Assembly: GCA_965116475.1 (NCBI GenBank)
Contig: OZ220691.1
Span: forward strand, 2,080,001 to 2,144,000
DNA from: Gemmatimonadota bacterium
GTDB taxonomy: Bacteria; Gemmatimonadota; Gemmatimonadetes; Palauibacterales; Palauibacteraceae
Reading direction: 5' to 3'
DNA: 64,000 bases
Every line of letters begins with the position of its first letter. Positions within the stretch are counted from its first letter, which is position 1. The notes beneath the pieces are model-generated. The model saw only the letters and a program-made list of their open reading frames with translations. It had not been told where the DNA came from and searched no databases. Positions 11,960-25,196 of this stretch are shown piece by piece. Made by a program: the position numbers and the translations under genes.

Positions 11960-13126
11960 ATGTACGAAAGAATGTTGCATCCTCATCTGCGGTCCACGCG
12001 TCGCAGCGCCCTCGTGCTGGGGCCGCGACAGGTGGGGAAGTCCACCCTCCTGTCCTCGCTCGAGCCTGATCTTTCGCTGAATCTCGCGAACCCGCGAACC
12101 TTCCGGGATTACGCGGCGCACCCCGAGCGATTGCAGCGGGAACTCGACGCGGCGGCTCCGGCCGTGAAGACGGTCTTTCTCGATGAAGTGCAGAGGATAC
12201 CCGCTCTGCTCGATGCGGTGCAGGTCTGCCTCGATGACAAGCCTGGCCGCTTCCGGTTTCTGCTCTCGGGATCGAGCGCGCGCAAACTCCGTCGGGGGCA
12301 GGCGAACCTCCTGCCGGGACGCGTCCACGTGCATCACCTGCACCCGCTTCTCGTTGCGGAACTCGGACGGGACTTCGATCTCACCCGCGTCCTCGCCCAC
12401 GGGACGCTGCCGGGCATCTACTCCGAAGGCGACCCCGCGACCCGCGCCGCCGATTTGCGCAGTTACACGGACACCTATCTCCGGGAGGAAATCCAGGCGG
12501 AAGCGCTGGTACGAAACATCGGCGGCTTTGCGCGGCTGCTGGATCTGATGGCCGCCGCGTCGGGCCGCATCCTCAACGTGCAGGCGCTGTGCCGGGACGC
12601 GGGTCTCGGGTACGAGACGGCGCGGCGATACGTCGATGTCCTGGAGGACACGCTCGTGATGTTCCGGGTGCCGGCATGGAGCGGGCGACGCGGGTCGAGC
12701 CGCGCGAGTTTCGTCCGGCACGCGAAACTCTTCTTCTTTGATCCGGGAGTGCGCAACGCGTTGCTTCGGCGGCCGCTGGATGCGCCGCTTCCCGACGAGC
12801 GCGGCATTCTGCTTGAACACCTGATCGCCTGCGAGCTGTACCGAAGGCTGGGGACGCTCTGGCCGGAGGCCGCGCTCTACCACTACCGGACCCGGCACGG
12901 CGCCGAGGTGGATTTCGTGCTGGAGGTCGGGCGTGAGGTGTGGGGGATCGAGGTCAAGGCGAGCCGCCGAGTGAGCCGGCGCGCGCTGAGTGGCCTGTCA
13001 TCGCTCGCCGACCGCTGCGACCGCCTCGCGCGCCGCATCGTCGTGTTCCTCGGTGAGCGCCCGCAGCGGCTCGACGGCGCGGACGTGCTCCCGCTCGAGC
13101 ACTTCCTCGGGCAACTCCCAAACTGA
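11960..13126 (+). CDS. AAA_14 ATPase with DUF4143 and C-terminal PD-(D/E)XK-like domain
   Basis: GPRQVGKST Walker A, FLDEVQ Walker B, SGSS, KLFFFDPG, EVDFV..IEVKAS. Confidence 0.9.
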   Translation: MYERMLHPHLRSTRRSALVLGPRQVGKSTLLSSLEPDLSLNLANPRTFRDYAAHPERLQRELDAAAPAVKTVFLDEVQRIPALLDAVQVCLDDKPGRFRFLLSGSSARKLRRGQANLLPGRVHVHHLHPLLVAELGRDFDLTRVLAHGTLPGIYSEGDPATRAADLRSYTDTYLREEIQAEALVRNIGGFARLLDLMAAASGRILNVQALCRDAGLGYETARRYVDVLEDTLVMFRVPAWSGRRGSSRASFVRHAKLFFFDPGVRNALLRRPLDAPLPDERGILLEHLIACELYRRLGTLWPEAALYHYRTRHGAEVDFVLEVGREVWGIEVKASRRVSRRALSGLSSLADRCDRLARRIVVFLGERPQRLDGADVLPLEHFLGQLPN

Positions 13127-13142
13127 AAGCGTTCCCCGGCCC

Positions 13143-16100
13143 TCAGGGCAGGAAAGCGGTTTCGGAGAGGATCTCGTCGAGACCTGAGATCAGGAGATCG
13201 GCGTCGCCCTCGGAGAAGACGAGCGGGGGCTTCATCTTGATCACGTTGTGGTCCGGGCCGTCCGTGCTGAGGAGGATCCCCCTGTCCCGCATCCGCTGGA
13301 CGGCGGCGTCGGCGAGGTCGGCGGCCGGCGCCAGATCGTCGCCCTCCCGCACGAACTCGATGCCGGTGAACAGGCCGCGGCCGCGGGCGTCGCCCACCGG
13401 GGCGTGACGGTCGCGGAGGTATTTGAGGCCGGCCAGCAGGCGCGCCCCGACCCTCGCCGCATTCTCCCGTAACCCTTCTTCCTCGATCACATCCAGGACG
13501 GCGAGGCCGATGGCGCAGGAGACGGGGTTCCCGCCGTAGGTGTTGAAGTACTCCATCCCGTTGGCGAAGGACTCGGCGATCTCGCGCGTGGTGACGACCG
13601 CGGCGAGCGGGTGGCCGTTCCCGATCGGCTTGCCGAGGGTGACGATGTCGGGGACGACGCCGTGCTCCTCGAAGGCCCAGAAGTGCGACCCCACGCGGCC
13701 GAAGCCGACCTGTACCTCATCGGCCACGCACACGGCGCCGTGCTCGCGGGCCGCCGCGTAGGAAGCCGCGACGTATCCGGCCGGGAGCGGGATCTGGCCG
13801 CCGCAACTGAGGATCGACTCGTGGAAGAAGGCGGCCGCGCCGGGTGGGCGGTCCCCGAACCAGGTGGGCTCCGTCTCGAGCGCCCGCGCCGCCTCGCCGA
13901 CGCAGGCCGCGTAGAGCGGTGCGATCTCGTGGTCGGGCCCGCGGTGGAGACCGCGGAAACGGTCCGGCATCGGCGCCATGCGAACCCAGGGGCGGAGCCC
14001 TTTCCCGCCGGAGCCGTTGAACTTGTAGGGGCTCAGGTTGACGACCGAACTCGAGTTCCCGTGGTACGCCCCGTCGAGGACGACTGCGCCCACCTTGCCG
14101 GTGTGCGTCCGCGCCATGCGCAGGGCGAGTTCGTTGGCCTCGGTGCCGGAGCAGACGAGGAAGCACACGTCGAGCGGGGCCGGGAAGAGGGCCGTCAGCC
14201 GCCCGGTGTATTCGAGGATGGTCTCGTGCAGGTAGCGCGTGTTCGTGTTGAGGGCGGCCATCTGGCGGCGCGCCGCCTCGTTCACGCGCGGGTGCGAGTG
14301 TCCCACGTGGGCGACGTTGTTCACGCAGTCGAGGAAGGGCTGGCCGTCGATGTCATAGAGCCATGCGCCCCGCCCCCTGACGATGTGAAGGGGTCGCCGG
14401 TATGAGAGGCTCAGCGAGGGCCCCAGCCGGCGGTTCCGATCCTCGACCAGGGCGGCGTGGCTGCGCGGTCGCGGGGCCGCCGCCTCGCCCGGGAGGCGGA
14501 GCAGGTGGTTCGGGTCGGGGCTCACGGCCGTCCACAGGCCGCGGGCGCTCGGGGCGGCGACCCCCGGGAAGGTTCCCTCGTAGTCCAGGGGATCGACAAA
14601 AACCTGGAAGTGAAGGTGCGGGGCCCAGTCGCCGTTGGCCGGCGGGGCCCCGATCCAGCCGATCGTGCCGCCCGCCTCCACGATCTCGCCGGGGGCGACG
14701 TTCGGCAGGGATTCGGGCGACAAGTGCCCGAACAGCGTCCGAAATCGCACGGGTCCGTCGACGTCACCCGCCGGGTCCTCGAGTTCGTGTTCGAGGATGA
14801 TCGTGGGGCCGTAGTCCAGGCGGTCGGCGTTGTCGCGCACGGAGACGACGCGACCGCCGAGCGGCGCGAGGACGGGCATCCCCGGCTCCGCGAACAGGTC
14901 GACGCCGAGGTGAACGGTCCGCCACTCGTCCATCTCGTTGCCCGGCGCGCGGAAGGCTTCGCCCGTGTACCACCAGCGCACCTCGTCGTAGCGCCCGATG
15001 CCCACCGCCGCGCCCGCGTCGCGCATTTGGTCGAACAGTCGTTGCGAGAACGCCGCATGATCCGTGGGATCGAAGGTTCCGCCGTCGTCCCCCGACTCGA
15101 CGCTCAGGTCCAGCGTCACGGTGGGCGCCGCGCGGGGGTCCGGATCTAGCACGGGCGCCGCTTGCGGGGCGGCGCGCTCCAGTGCCGCGATGACCCCGGC
15201 GGTCGAGGGACAGGGCGCGTGCCCGCAAGCCTCCCGCAGCCGGTAGCGCCCGAGGTTCGCGGGCGTGGCGTGCAGCCGCTCGAGCACCTCCCAGGCGGGG
15301 GCCTGGCTCACGAGCAGGTACTCGTTGTCCGGCTCCTGGGCGCCCCGGACGGACGAAATGGTCACGCTCAGGGCGAGCCGCAGCCGCGCCAGTTCGTAGA
15401 GGACGTCCGCTTCCGCCTCCACGACCTCGTGCTCCGCGACGTAGCCCCGCGCCACATCGCAGAAGGCGGCCACCGGATCGCGCGTCCCGAACCCGGCGTA
15501 GGCGCAGGCCACGGCGAGGTTCGCCACCGTCCACGAGCGGACCGTGTCGCCGAAGTCCACCATGCCCACGACGTGCGGCGCTCCGTGCTTCATCCGCCCC
15601 GGATCCACGTGGATGTTGGCCGGGTTCGCGTCGTTGTAGATCAGGCTCTCGCGCAACTCGCGGGCCCGCGGTCGCACGACCGCCGCGTATCGCTCGAGGA
15701 CTCGGGCGACCACTTTGCGCCGGCCCGGTTCCCGGATCGCGCCCAGGTTTTCCGCGATGAGCGAGGCGGCGCCGCGAAGATCCCAGATCATCGGACGGTC
15801 CGCGCCCGCCAGCCGCGACGAGGAACGGTCGAGGATCCCGGCGAGGCGTCCGATCTGCCGGCGCAGCTCGGGTCCGTGCGGCCGGAAACCGTCCAGCGGA
15901 ATGCCCGGGACCGGTTCCAGGAAGCGGGCGAAGTGGGTGCGCCCGCCGATCGCGTGCTCGACGAGACCCACGCCCGCCGACGTACCCGCGGACGCCGGGG
16001 CCTCGCCGTTGTTCGCCCTGTCGCTCCTCGCGGCGGGGCGCCAGTGCGGAAGCGCGAAGCAGGCCTGGGACTCCGAGAGGGCCGCAAGCAGGGCCGCTTC

Positions 16101-16349
16101 CTCCTCGAGCACCGCGCGGTCTTCGAGCGCGTTCGAAACCTTCAGGTATCCGCGGACTCCGGACCCGCGGGAAGTCTCGCGCGAGGGAGGGGGCGAGGCA
16201 GGGTCCGAAATCTCGAACACGCGATCCCGCTCACTCGCGCATTCGCGGGCTTGTCCGTCCACGCCCCAGTGGGCCTGGACGAGCTGCGCCGCTGCTTCCT
16301 CCGAGAGCGATGGCCTCCCGGCCGCATATCCGGCGTCGAGCGTTTCCAT
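13143..16349 (-). CDS. Fusion: aminoglycoside-phosphotransferase-like kinase + M23 peptidase-like + class III aminotransferase (phospho-lyase-like)
   Basis: [14 protein letters not shown] kinase; HLGVDLF, HLHFQ M23; [37 protein letters not shown]. Confidence 0.9.
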   Translation of the reverse strand: METLDAGYAAGRPSLSEEAAAQLVQAHWGVDGQARECASERDRVFEISDPASPPPSRETSRGSGVRGYLKVSNALEDRAVLEEEAALLAALSESQACFALPHWRPAARSDRANNGEAPASAGTSAGVGLVEHAIGGRTHFARFLEPVPGIPLDGFRPHGPELRRQIGRLAGILDRSSSRLAGADRPMIWDLRGAASLIAENLGAIREPGRRKVVARVLERYAAVVRPRARELRESLIYNDANPANIHVDPGRMKHGAPHVVGMVDFGDTVRSWTVANLAVACAYAGFGTRDPVAAFCDVARGYVAEHEVVEAEADVLYELARLRLALSVTISSVRGAQEPDNEYLLVSQAPAWEVLERLHATPANLGRYRLREACGHAPCPSTAGVIAALERAAPQAAPVLDPDPRAAPTVTLDLSVESGDDGGTFDPTDHAAFSQRLFDQMRDAGAAVGIGRYDEVRWWYTGEAFRAPGNEMDEWRTVHLGVDLFAEPGMPVLAPLGGRVVSVRDNADRLDYGPTIILEHELEDPAGDVDGPVRFRTLFGHLSPESLPNVAPGEIVEAGGTIGWIGAPPANGDWAPHLHFQVFVDPLDYEGTFPGVAAPSARGLWTAVSPDPNHLLRLPGEAAAPRPRSHAALVEDRNRRLGPSLSLSYRRPLHIVRGRGAWLYDIDGQPFLDCVNNVAHVGHSHPRVNEAARRQMAALNTNTRYLHETILEYTGRLTALFPAPLDVCFLVCSGTEANELALRMARTHTGKVGAVVLDGAYHGNSSSVVNLSPYKFNGSGGKGLRPWVRMAPMPDRFRGLHRGPDHEIAPLYAACVGEAARALETEPTWFGDRPPGAAAFFHESILSCGGQIPLPAGYVAASYAAAREHGAVCVADEVQVGFGRVGSHFWAFEEHGVVPDIVTLGKPIGNGHPLAAVVTTREIAESFANGMEYFNTYGGNPVSCAIGLAVLDVIEEEGLRENAARVGARLLAGLKYLRDRHAPVGDARGRGLFTGIEFVREGDDLAPAADLADAAVQRMRDRGILLSTDGPDHNVIKMKPPLVFSEGDADLLISGLDEILSETAFLP

Positions 16350-16399
16350 GATGGGCGAAGCTCCCACCCGGCAAAGGTTCGGTCAACCACGCTGCGCTG

Positions 16400-16436
16400 T
16401 TGCCGCGTATTGCCGCGTATTGCCGCTTATTGCCGC
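16400..16436. repeat. 10-bp tandem repeat (TTGCCGCGTA) ~3.7 copies in divergent intergenic region
   Basis: ttgccgcgta ttgccgcgta ttgccgctta ttgccgc. Confidence 0.85.
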
Positions 16437-16514
16437 CCGCGCCGGTCGAAACGAGCTTTCGATCCCGGTTCGATCGCCTGGTCGCACGATCGCTTTGCCA
16501 CATGGAGGAGAATC

Positions 16515-18452
16515 ATGTCGCTCCGCTTTGGGCTCATCGCTTCCACCTTCGTCCTGGGTGTCGCGGGCTCGCCGGCCGTCCACGCGCAGGAGCGGGTGTA
16601 CGCGGTCGCTTCGCCGGCTGAGCTGGAACTCGAGGTCGGGGCGTCCTACCAGCTCACCGCGGAGATCCAGGGAACCGCGGACGAAGGCGCCGCCTCGGAG
16701 GTGCGCTGGTTCGCGGCGGACGACGGCGTGACGGTAACGGACGACGGCATCGTGACGGCGGTGCGGTCGGGCGAGTCGCGCGTGGCGGCGATGTTCCGCG
16801 GCCAGCCGAGTTGGGTGACGATCCGCGTGCCCCGGCTCGAGCCCGCCCGCATCGAGGCCCGCGTGGTCGGTCCCGTCCATGCGGGCGCGACCGCGGCCCT
16901 GCACCTCGCGGCCTACACGGAACCGGGCGACGCGGTGGACGACGCCGAGTTCACGTTCGCCTCCGCCGACCCGGGCGTCGCGACGGTGGATGTGGCCGGA
17001 CGCGTGCTCGGCCACGCGCCGGGGCAGACCGTCATCACCGTCTCCGCGGGAGATGCCTCGACCCGAATCGACGTGACCGTCGAGCCGAACACCGCCGAGG
17101 AATACGAACTGGTGGCTGCCGGCGATGTGAACGCGCTTTCGACGGGAGATGTCGCGGCCTTCCGGCTGGCGGGCCGCGACGCCGGGGGCGGCGAGATCCC
17201 TCTCGCGCCGCTGTGGAGCGTGACGCCGAGCGGGGCGAGCGTCGAACCCGTCGACGGACGTGGGCTCTTCGTGGCGGAGGAGCCCGGCACCTACCACGTG
17301 ACCGCGGTCGCGGGCCCGGCCATCGCCCGCACTGTTTCCGTCCGCGTCGGCCGCCGCCGCCACACGGCGCGGCTCGAACTCGTGGGGAGCGGGATCACGT
17401 CCACGCACCGGGCCGGCGACACCTGGGTGTTCGAGGGCGTGGACGGACGCGACTACGCCTATCTCGGCACCTTCTACCACGACTGGATGAAGGTGTGGGA
17501 CGTGACGGATCCCGCGCAGCCCGTCCTCACCGACTCGATCCAGCTCGATGCCCGCCGCATCAACGACGTGAAGATCCACCCGAACAACCGCCTCGGGATC
17601 GTCACCCGCGAGGGAGCCTCGAGCCGGCGCAACGGGATCGTCCTCCTCGACCTCTCGAATCCCGCCCACCCGGAGATCCTCTCCGAGTACACGGACACGG
17701 TGACGGGGGGTGTGCACAACGTGTGGATCCTGGGGGACGAGGACCTCGTCTACGCCTGCCACAACGGGACGAGCGAGATCGTCATCATCGACATCTCCGA
17801 TCCGGCGAACCCGCGCGAGATCAACCGCTGGGCGCACGACGAACCGGTCCGCAGCCTGCACGACGTGATCGTCCAGGACGGGTACGCTTACGCATCGTTC
17901 TGGAACGAGGGCATCTACATCCTCGATGCGGGAGCGGGCACGCACGGGGGCACGGCCCGCGATCCGAAGCTCGTCTCGCGGTGGGTGTCCGGGCAGGGGA
18001 ACACGCACGTCGCCTGGCGTCACGGCAAGTACCTGTTCGTGGCGGCCGAGATCTATCCGTCCGACTGGGATCCGAACGTGTTGGGCCCCATCGAGGCGCG
18101 GGGCTACGTGGAAGTGCTCGACATGACCGACATGGACGACCCGGTGAAGGTCGCCCACTACACCGTGCCGGAAGCCGGGGCCCACAACCTGTGGAGCGAC
18201 GACCGCGACCGGCTCTACGTCGGCTACTACCAGGCGGGGCTGCGGGTGCTGGACATCTCGGGCGAACTGCGCGGCGACCTCTACCGCCAGGGCCGCGAGA
18301 TCGGCGCGATCAAGACATCGTCGCCGGATGCCGCGGTGCCGAACTGGTCGATGACGTGGGGCGCCCAGCTGTTCAAGGGCCGGATCTTCACCTCCGACCT
18401 CCACTCCGGCCTGTGGATCGCCCGCCTCGTCGAGGAGGAACTCGTCCCATGA
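16515..18452 (+). CDS. Secreted Ig-like (Big_2) + LVIVD-repeat beta-propeller protein
   Basis: GGAGGAG RBS, signal peptide ending AHA-like VHAQ, Ig-like SADPGVATVD, LVIVD-like IVLLDLSNP, IVIIDISDP, LRVLDIS. Confidence 0.82.
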   Translation: MSLRFGLIASTFVLGVAGSPAVHAQERVYAVASPAELELEVGASYQLTAEIQGTADEGAASEVRWFAADDGVTVTDDGIVTAVRSGESRVAAMFRGQPSWVTIRVPRLEPARIEARVVGPVHAGATAALHLAAYTEPGDAVDDAEFTFASADPGVATVDVAGRVLGHAPGQTVITVSAGDASTRIDVTVEPNTAEEYELVAAGDVNALSTGDVAAFRLAGRDAGGGEIPLAPLWSVTPSGASVEPVDGRGLFVAEEPGTYHVTAVAGPAIARTVSVRVGRRRHTARLELVGSGITSTHRAGDTWVFEGVDGRDYAYLGTFYHDWMKVWDVTDPAQPVLTDSIQLDARRINDVKIHPNNRLGIVTREGASSRRNGIVLLDLSNPAHPEILSEYTDTVTGGVHNVWILGDEDLVYACHNGTSEIVIIDISDPANPREINRWAHDEPVRSLHDVIVQDGYAYASFWNEGIYILDAGAGTHGGTARDPKLVSRWVSGQGNTHVAWRHGKYLFVAAEIYPSDWDPNVLGPIEARGYVEVLDMTDMDDPVKVAHYTVPEAGAHNLWSDDRDRLYVGYYQAGLRVLDISGELRGDLYRQGREIGAIKTSSPDAAVPNWSMTWGAQLFKGRIFTSDLHSGLWIARLVEEELVP

Positions 18453-19389
18453 GAACGAAAGAGAGCACCATGAATCACGCTGCCGCGACGGTCGCCGCCG
18501 TCCTCATATCGGTCTGCCCGGCTTCCGTCGCGCAGGCCCTGGCCCAGGAGACCCCTGCGCCGGCCCCCGGACAGCCTGTGACCCTGGTCACCGGGGCCAC
18601 CTCCGGCCTCGGCCGCGAACTCGCCCTGCGGCTGGGCGCGCGGGGCGATCACGTCATCGTCCACGGGCGCAACGAGGAGCGGGGAGCGGCAGTCGTCGCC
18701 GCCATCAACGCGGCGGGACCCGGGAGCGCGCGCTTCTACCGTGCCGACTTCGCGTCGCTGGGCGAAGTGCGGCAGTTCGCCGAGACGCTGCTGGCCGACT
18801 ACGACCGGATGGACATCCTGATCAACAACGCGGGCTTCGGGTCGGCGCCGGACGAGCGCTGGGTCACGGAGGACGGGCACGAGTACCGCTTCCAGGTGAA
18901 CTACCTCTCCACCTTCCTGCTCACACACATGCTGATGCCGCGCCTGCTCGACAGCACGCCGTCGCGCATCGTGAACGTGTCGTCGGGCGCGCAGGCGCCG
19001 ATCGACTTCGACGACGTGATGATCGAGAACGACTTCAGCGGGCGCCGCGCCTACGCGCAGAGCAAGCTCGCGCAGATCATGTTCACGCACGACCTGGCCG
19101 AGGAGCTGGCCGGCACGGCATCGTGGTCGGCTCACTCCACCCGGCGACCTACATGCCGACCGAGATGGTGCGGCGGCTGGGGGCGACGCCGCGCGCCACG
19201 ATCGCCGAGGGGGCCGACGCCGTCATGCAGGTCGTCGATTCCGACGATTTCGAGAGCGGGCAGTACTTCAGCGGACTCACTCCGACCCGCGCGAACGCCC
19301 AGGCCTACGACCCGGACGCGCGTGCCCGCCTCCGGGAGTTGAGTGAGGAACTGACCGGTCTCACCTGCAGCATGGGCCGCTGCCGATAG
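18449..19389 (+). pseudogene. SDR family oxidoreductase with -1 frameshift near 19117 (probably assembly error)
   Basis: TGATSGLG, NNAG, YAQSK in frame from 18449; C-terminus VGSLHPATYMPT continues in ORF 19123..19389; one extra G (ACG GGC ATC) restores GTGIVVGSLHP. Confidence 0.8.
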
Positions 19390-19414
19390 CCTGACAGTTC
19401 GCCAGGGCTCGGCT

Positions 19415-20101
19415 TTAGGGCTGCTCCAGGGCTTCGAGCGCGGCCAGGATGTCCGCGTGCTCGGGGCGGACGCGGTAGTCCACTTCCGTGAAGCTCCAGC
19501 GCACCGTGCCGTCCCTGTCGATCACGTAGGTCGTGGGGTGCGGGATCCGGCGTCCGCGCCCGTCCTCCTCGTTCAGGAGGCCGTAGCGGTACGTGATCGC
19601 CGAGCCGTCATCGGACAGCAGCGGGAAGTCGAGGGCGTAGTCGTAGTCCTCGAGGACGCGGTCCACCATGAGTCCGATGTCCTCGGGGCTGTCCGGGGCG
19701 ATCGCCAGGAGCTGGGTCCGTTCGCGCTGTTCGGGCGTCATGAAGTCTCGCAGCTCTCCGAGCTGCTTTGCGCAGTACGGTCACCAGTGGCCGCGGTAGA
19801 AGAACAGGATGACGTCCTTCTCTCCGCGGTAATCCGAAAGCGTGATCGGCTCGCCCGTACTCGAGAGGGCGGTGAAGTCGGGCGCGGGGCTGCCGGCGAG
19901 CACGCGCTCGAGGTCTGCCGGGGGCAGGTCATGCCCGTCCACGGGGCCGAGCACCATCGGAGCCGCCTCCTCGGCCGCCGCGGCGACGTCGGGTTCTTCG
20001 GTGTCGTCGGTGTTTCCCCGGGGTGCGCAGGCGGTCGACCCCACGGCCAACGCAAGTCCCGCCGCCCAAAATCGGACGTAACGCGCGTCCATCATCCGCA
20101 T
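19415..20101 (-). CDS. Peroxiredoxin-like (AhpC/TSA/redoxin) lipoprotein, selenoprotein with UxxC (TGA 19781-19783 = Sec)
   Basis: ORFs 19781..20101 and 19415..19741 are in the same frame; read-through gives APDFT...FFYRGHW-U-PYC-AKQL...PTTYVIDRDG; lipobox STAC. Confidence 0.88.
19750..19766 (-). promoter_or_regulatory. Putative bacterial SECIS hairpin
   Basis: mRNA UGA + 14 nt + GCAGCUC-GGA-GAGCUGC, a perfect 7-bp stem with a G-first apical loop. Confidence 0.75.
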
Positions 20102-20282
20102 CTTCCAGTCTCCCTTTTTCTTTCGTGTGCGCCCGCGAACGCCGCTGCCGTCCGCCGACCCGGCAACCCTATCGTACCGGGGGCGCGCGCGACAGCAGCG
20201 GCGGCCGTGAGCGGATGCCGGCCTGGCCCAGAGGTCGGCGAGGGGGTCCGGCGCGTCTTGCGTGCATCATCGGCGGTTCGGA

Positions 20283-20338
20283 CTATGCCACCGTAGCCAT
20301 GCCACGGTAGCCATGCCACGGCAGCTATGCCACGGTAG
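20283..20338. repeat. 4 x 14-bp tandem repeat (CYATGCCACGGTAG) in divergent intergenic region
   Basis: ctatgccaccgtag ccatgccacggtag ccatgccacggcag ctatgccacggtag. Confidence 0.88.
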
Positions 20339-20386
20339 TCCGGATCCCGGTTTACGCGACCTCGGTCATCAGCTGGAGCCCGTACA

Positions 20387-22871
<2,485 letters not shown>

Positions 22872-22875
<4 letters not shown>

Positions 22876-23666
22876 GCGCCGCCGCGGAGGTCCCGCTCCT
22901 GGTCGAGGCGGAGGGTCCCGTCCGGATCCTCCGCCTCAACCGTCCCCACCGTCTCAACGCCGTAAGCCTCCCCATGTACGAGGCGCTGGAGGCCGAACTC
23001 GCGCGCATCGGAGCGGACTTCGAGACGCGCGTCGTCATCGTGACGGGGACGGGACGGGGGTTCTGCTCCGGGGCCGACCTCAAGGCGCATCGCGACCACG
23101 AGGCGTCGCGGGCGGAGCGCCACGCCTACATCGAGACGAGCCAACGCGTGTTCCGCGCGCTCCAGACGCTGCCGCAGCCGGTCGTCGCGGCCGTGAACGG
23201 ACACGCGATCGGGGCGGGCTGCGAACTCGCCCTCTCGTGCGATTTCGTCATCGTGGCGGAGGAGGCGAAGCTCCGCATGCCGGAGGTCGCGCTGGGGACC
23301 TTCATCGGCGGCGGCACGGCCTACACGCTGCGCCGGCGCGTCGGACACGCGCGCGCCGCCGAACTGATCCTGCTCGGCCGCTACTTCACCCCGGAGGAGG
23401 CCGGCGCATGGGGACTGGCGAACCAGGTGCTCCCGGCGAAAGAGGTCCTCCCCGCCGCGCTCGACCTGGCCGGACAACTGGCGCGCAACGCCCCGATCTC
23501 CATGCGCCTCGCCAAGCAACTCCTCGACCGGGCGGAATCCATCGACCCGGAGGAAGCGCTGCGCCTGGAGGCCGAGGCGCTCTTCACCTGCATGGCCTCC
23601 GACGACTGGCGAGAGGGCCTCGAAGCCTTCGCCGAGAAACGCGCCCCCGCCTACCGCGGCAGGTAG
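22872..23666 (+). CDS. Enoyl-CoA hydratase/isomerase family protein (possible CTG start)
   Basis: LRLNRPHRLNA, GFCSGADL, AAVNGHAIGAGCELALSCD, PEVALG, EGLEAFAEKRAP. Confidence 0.88.
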
Positions 23667-23792
23667 CCGTCACGCCCGGGACGTTCCCGCGGGAACGCCC
23701 GGAGGTCCGTCCACCCGCCATTGCCCGCCGACGGATTCGCGCCGCACGTTTCACGGACGTGTTGACGCAGTCCGCGCCAGGCAGAGGAGGAT

Positions 23793-25196
23793 ATGATGGA
23801 TTCCGCCCGCCGCTCCGCCCGACTCACCGGGGTTCTCCCGGTCGCGATCTTCGCCGCGCTCCTCGGGGTCCCGCCCGCCGCCGCCCAGGAAGGGACGATC
23901 GCGCTGGTGGGAGGCCAGTTGCTGGACGGATACGAGGTGCCCCCGATCCATCACGCGGCCGTCGTCATCGAGGGGAACCGGATCGTCGCGGTGGGGCCCG
24001 CGGCCGAGATCGAGATCCCGCCGGACGCGGAGGTCATCGACACCCGGGGCAAGACGATGATGCCCGGGATGGTCGATGCGCACGTACACATCATGATTCT
24101 CGGCCACGGCGACTACAGCCAGTGGTTCCCGTGGTTCGAGGGGAACGACGACCTCGTGTACGAGACGTCCGCCAGGCAGTTGCTCGCGGCGGGCGTGACC
24201 GCGGGGGTCGACCTCGCGGCGCCGATGTCGAGCCTCGCCTTCCGCGACCGGGTCAACCGCAACGAGGTGCCGGGTCCGCGCCTCCTCGTGAGCGGACCCT
24301 GGGTCACGCGTTACGCCTGGGACTTCCTTCCCGACGAACTTCGCGTCCTGCACCGCACGCCAGAGGAGGCGGCGGAGCGGACGCGGATGCTGATCAACGC
24401 GGGGGTCGACGTCATCAAGACGTGGATCGGCACGACCGAGGAGGACATGCGGGCGATCAAGGCCGTGGCCGGTCCGGCGGGCGTCCCCATCCACTGCCAT
24501 GTCTACGAGGAGGAGGTCGTGTGGGGGGCGATCCGCGGCGGTTGCGACGTCCTCCAGCACGCGGGTTCCGGCGGCAGCGTCCCCGCCTACTCGCAGGAAC
24601 TCGTCGACCACATCGCGATGGAGGGGATCCCGGTCGTACAGACGATTTCGCACCGGATCTGGATCTATCCGGCCACGCTCGAGTTCCCGGAGCGGCTGTG
24701 GGACCCGGACATCATCAACAGCTTCCCCGAGCCGATCCGGGAGCAGGTGCTGAACTCCTACACGAAGGACGACTTCTGGCGGAAACCCTACTTCCGCAGC
24801 ACGCCGCGGCAGATCCGCAACAGCGAGCGGGCGTCGCGCCAGTTCATCGATGCGGACGCCCTCATGGCGATGGGCACGGACACCGGCTCCCCCCTCAACT
24901 TCCACGCGGAGTCCGCCTGGCGTGAGGTGTCGGCCCTCGTCGACATGGGAATGACGGAGATCGAGGCGATTTCGTCGGCCACCAAGGTCGCGGCGGAGGT
25001 GCTCGGGCTCCGCGAGACGGGGACCATCGAGCCGGGCAAGCTCGCGGATATCATCGTCGTGGACGGCAATCCGCTGTTCGACATCAACGTGCTCGGCTAC
25101 GTGACCGACGTGGTCAAGGACGGGATCATCTACAAGCGTGACGGCGTCCCGGTGTGGGAGATGGAGCGGGCGCAGACCAGCACGAGCGGGCGCTGA
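23793..25196 (+). CDS. Secreted amidohydrolase family protein
   Basis: PGMVDAHVH, GTDTG, GTIEPGKLADIIVVDGNP. Confidence 0.9.
   Translation: MMDSARRSARLTGVLPVAIFAALLGVPPAAAQEGTIALVGGQLLDGYEVPPIHHAAVVIEGNRIVAVGPAAEIEIPPDAEVIDTRGKTMMPGMVDAHVHIMILGHGDYSQWFPWFEGNDDLVYETSARQLLAAGVTAGVDLAAPMSSLAFRDRVNRNEVPGPRLLVSGPWVTRYAWDFLPDELRVLHRTPEEAAERTRMLINAGVDVIKTWIGTTEEDMRAIKAVAGPAGVPIHCHVYEEEVVWGAIRGGCDVLQHAGSGGSVPAYSQELVDHIAMEGIPVVQTISHRIWIYPATLEFPERLWDPDIINSFPEPIREQVLNSYTKDDFWRKPYFRSTPRQIRNSERASRQFIDADALMAMGTDTGSPLNFHAESAWREVSALVDMGMTEIEAISSATKVAAEVLGLRETGTIEPGKLADIIVVDGNPLFDINVLGYVTDVVKDGIIYKRDGVPVWEMERAQTSTSGR

Noticed and set aside
19100..19130. Programmed ribosomal frameshift in SDR
   Set aside because: No slippery heptamer or stimulatory structure; a simple homopolymer deletion explains it
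19781..19783. Nonsense mutation making a pseudogene
   Set aside because: TGA falls exactly on the catalytic Cys column and is followed by a SECIS-like hairpin; Sec is the better explanation
20283..20338. Possible CRISPR or MITE
   Set aside because: Units are contiguous with no unique spacers; no target-site duplication evident
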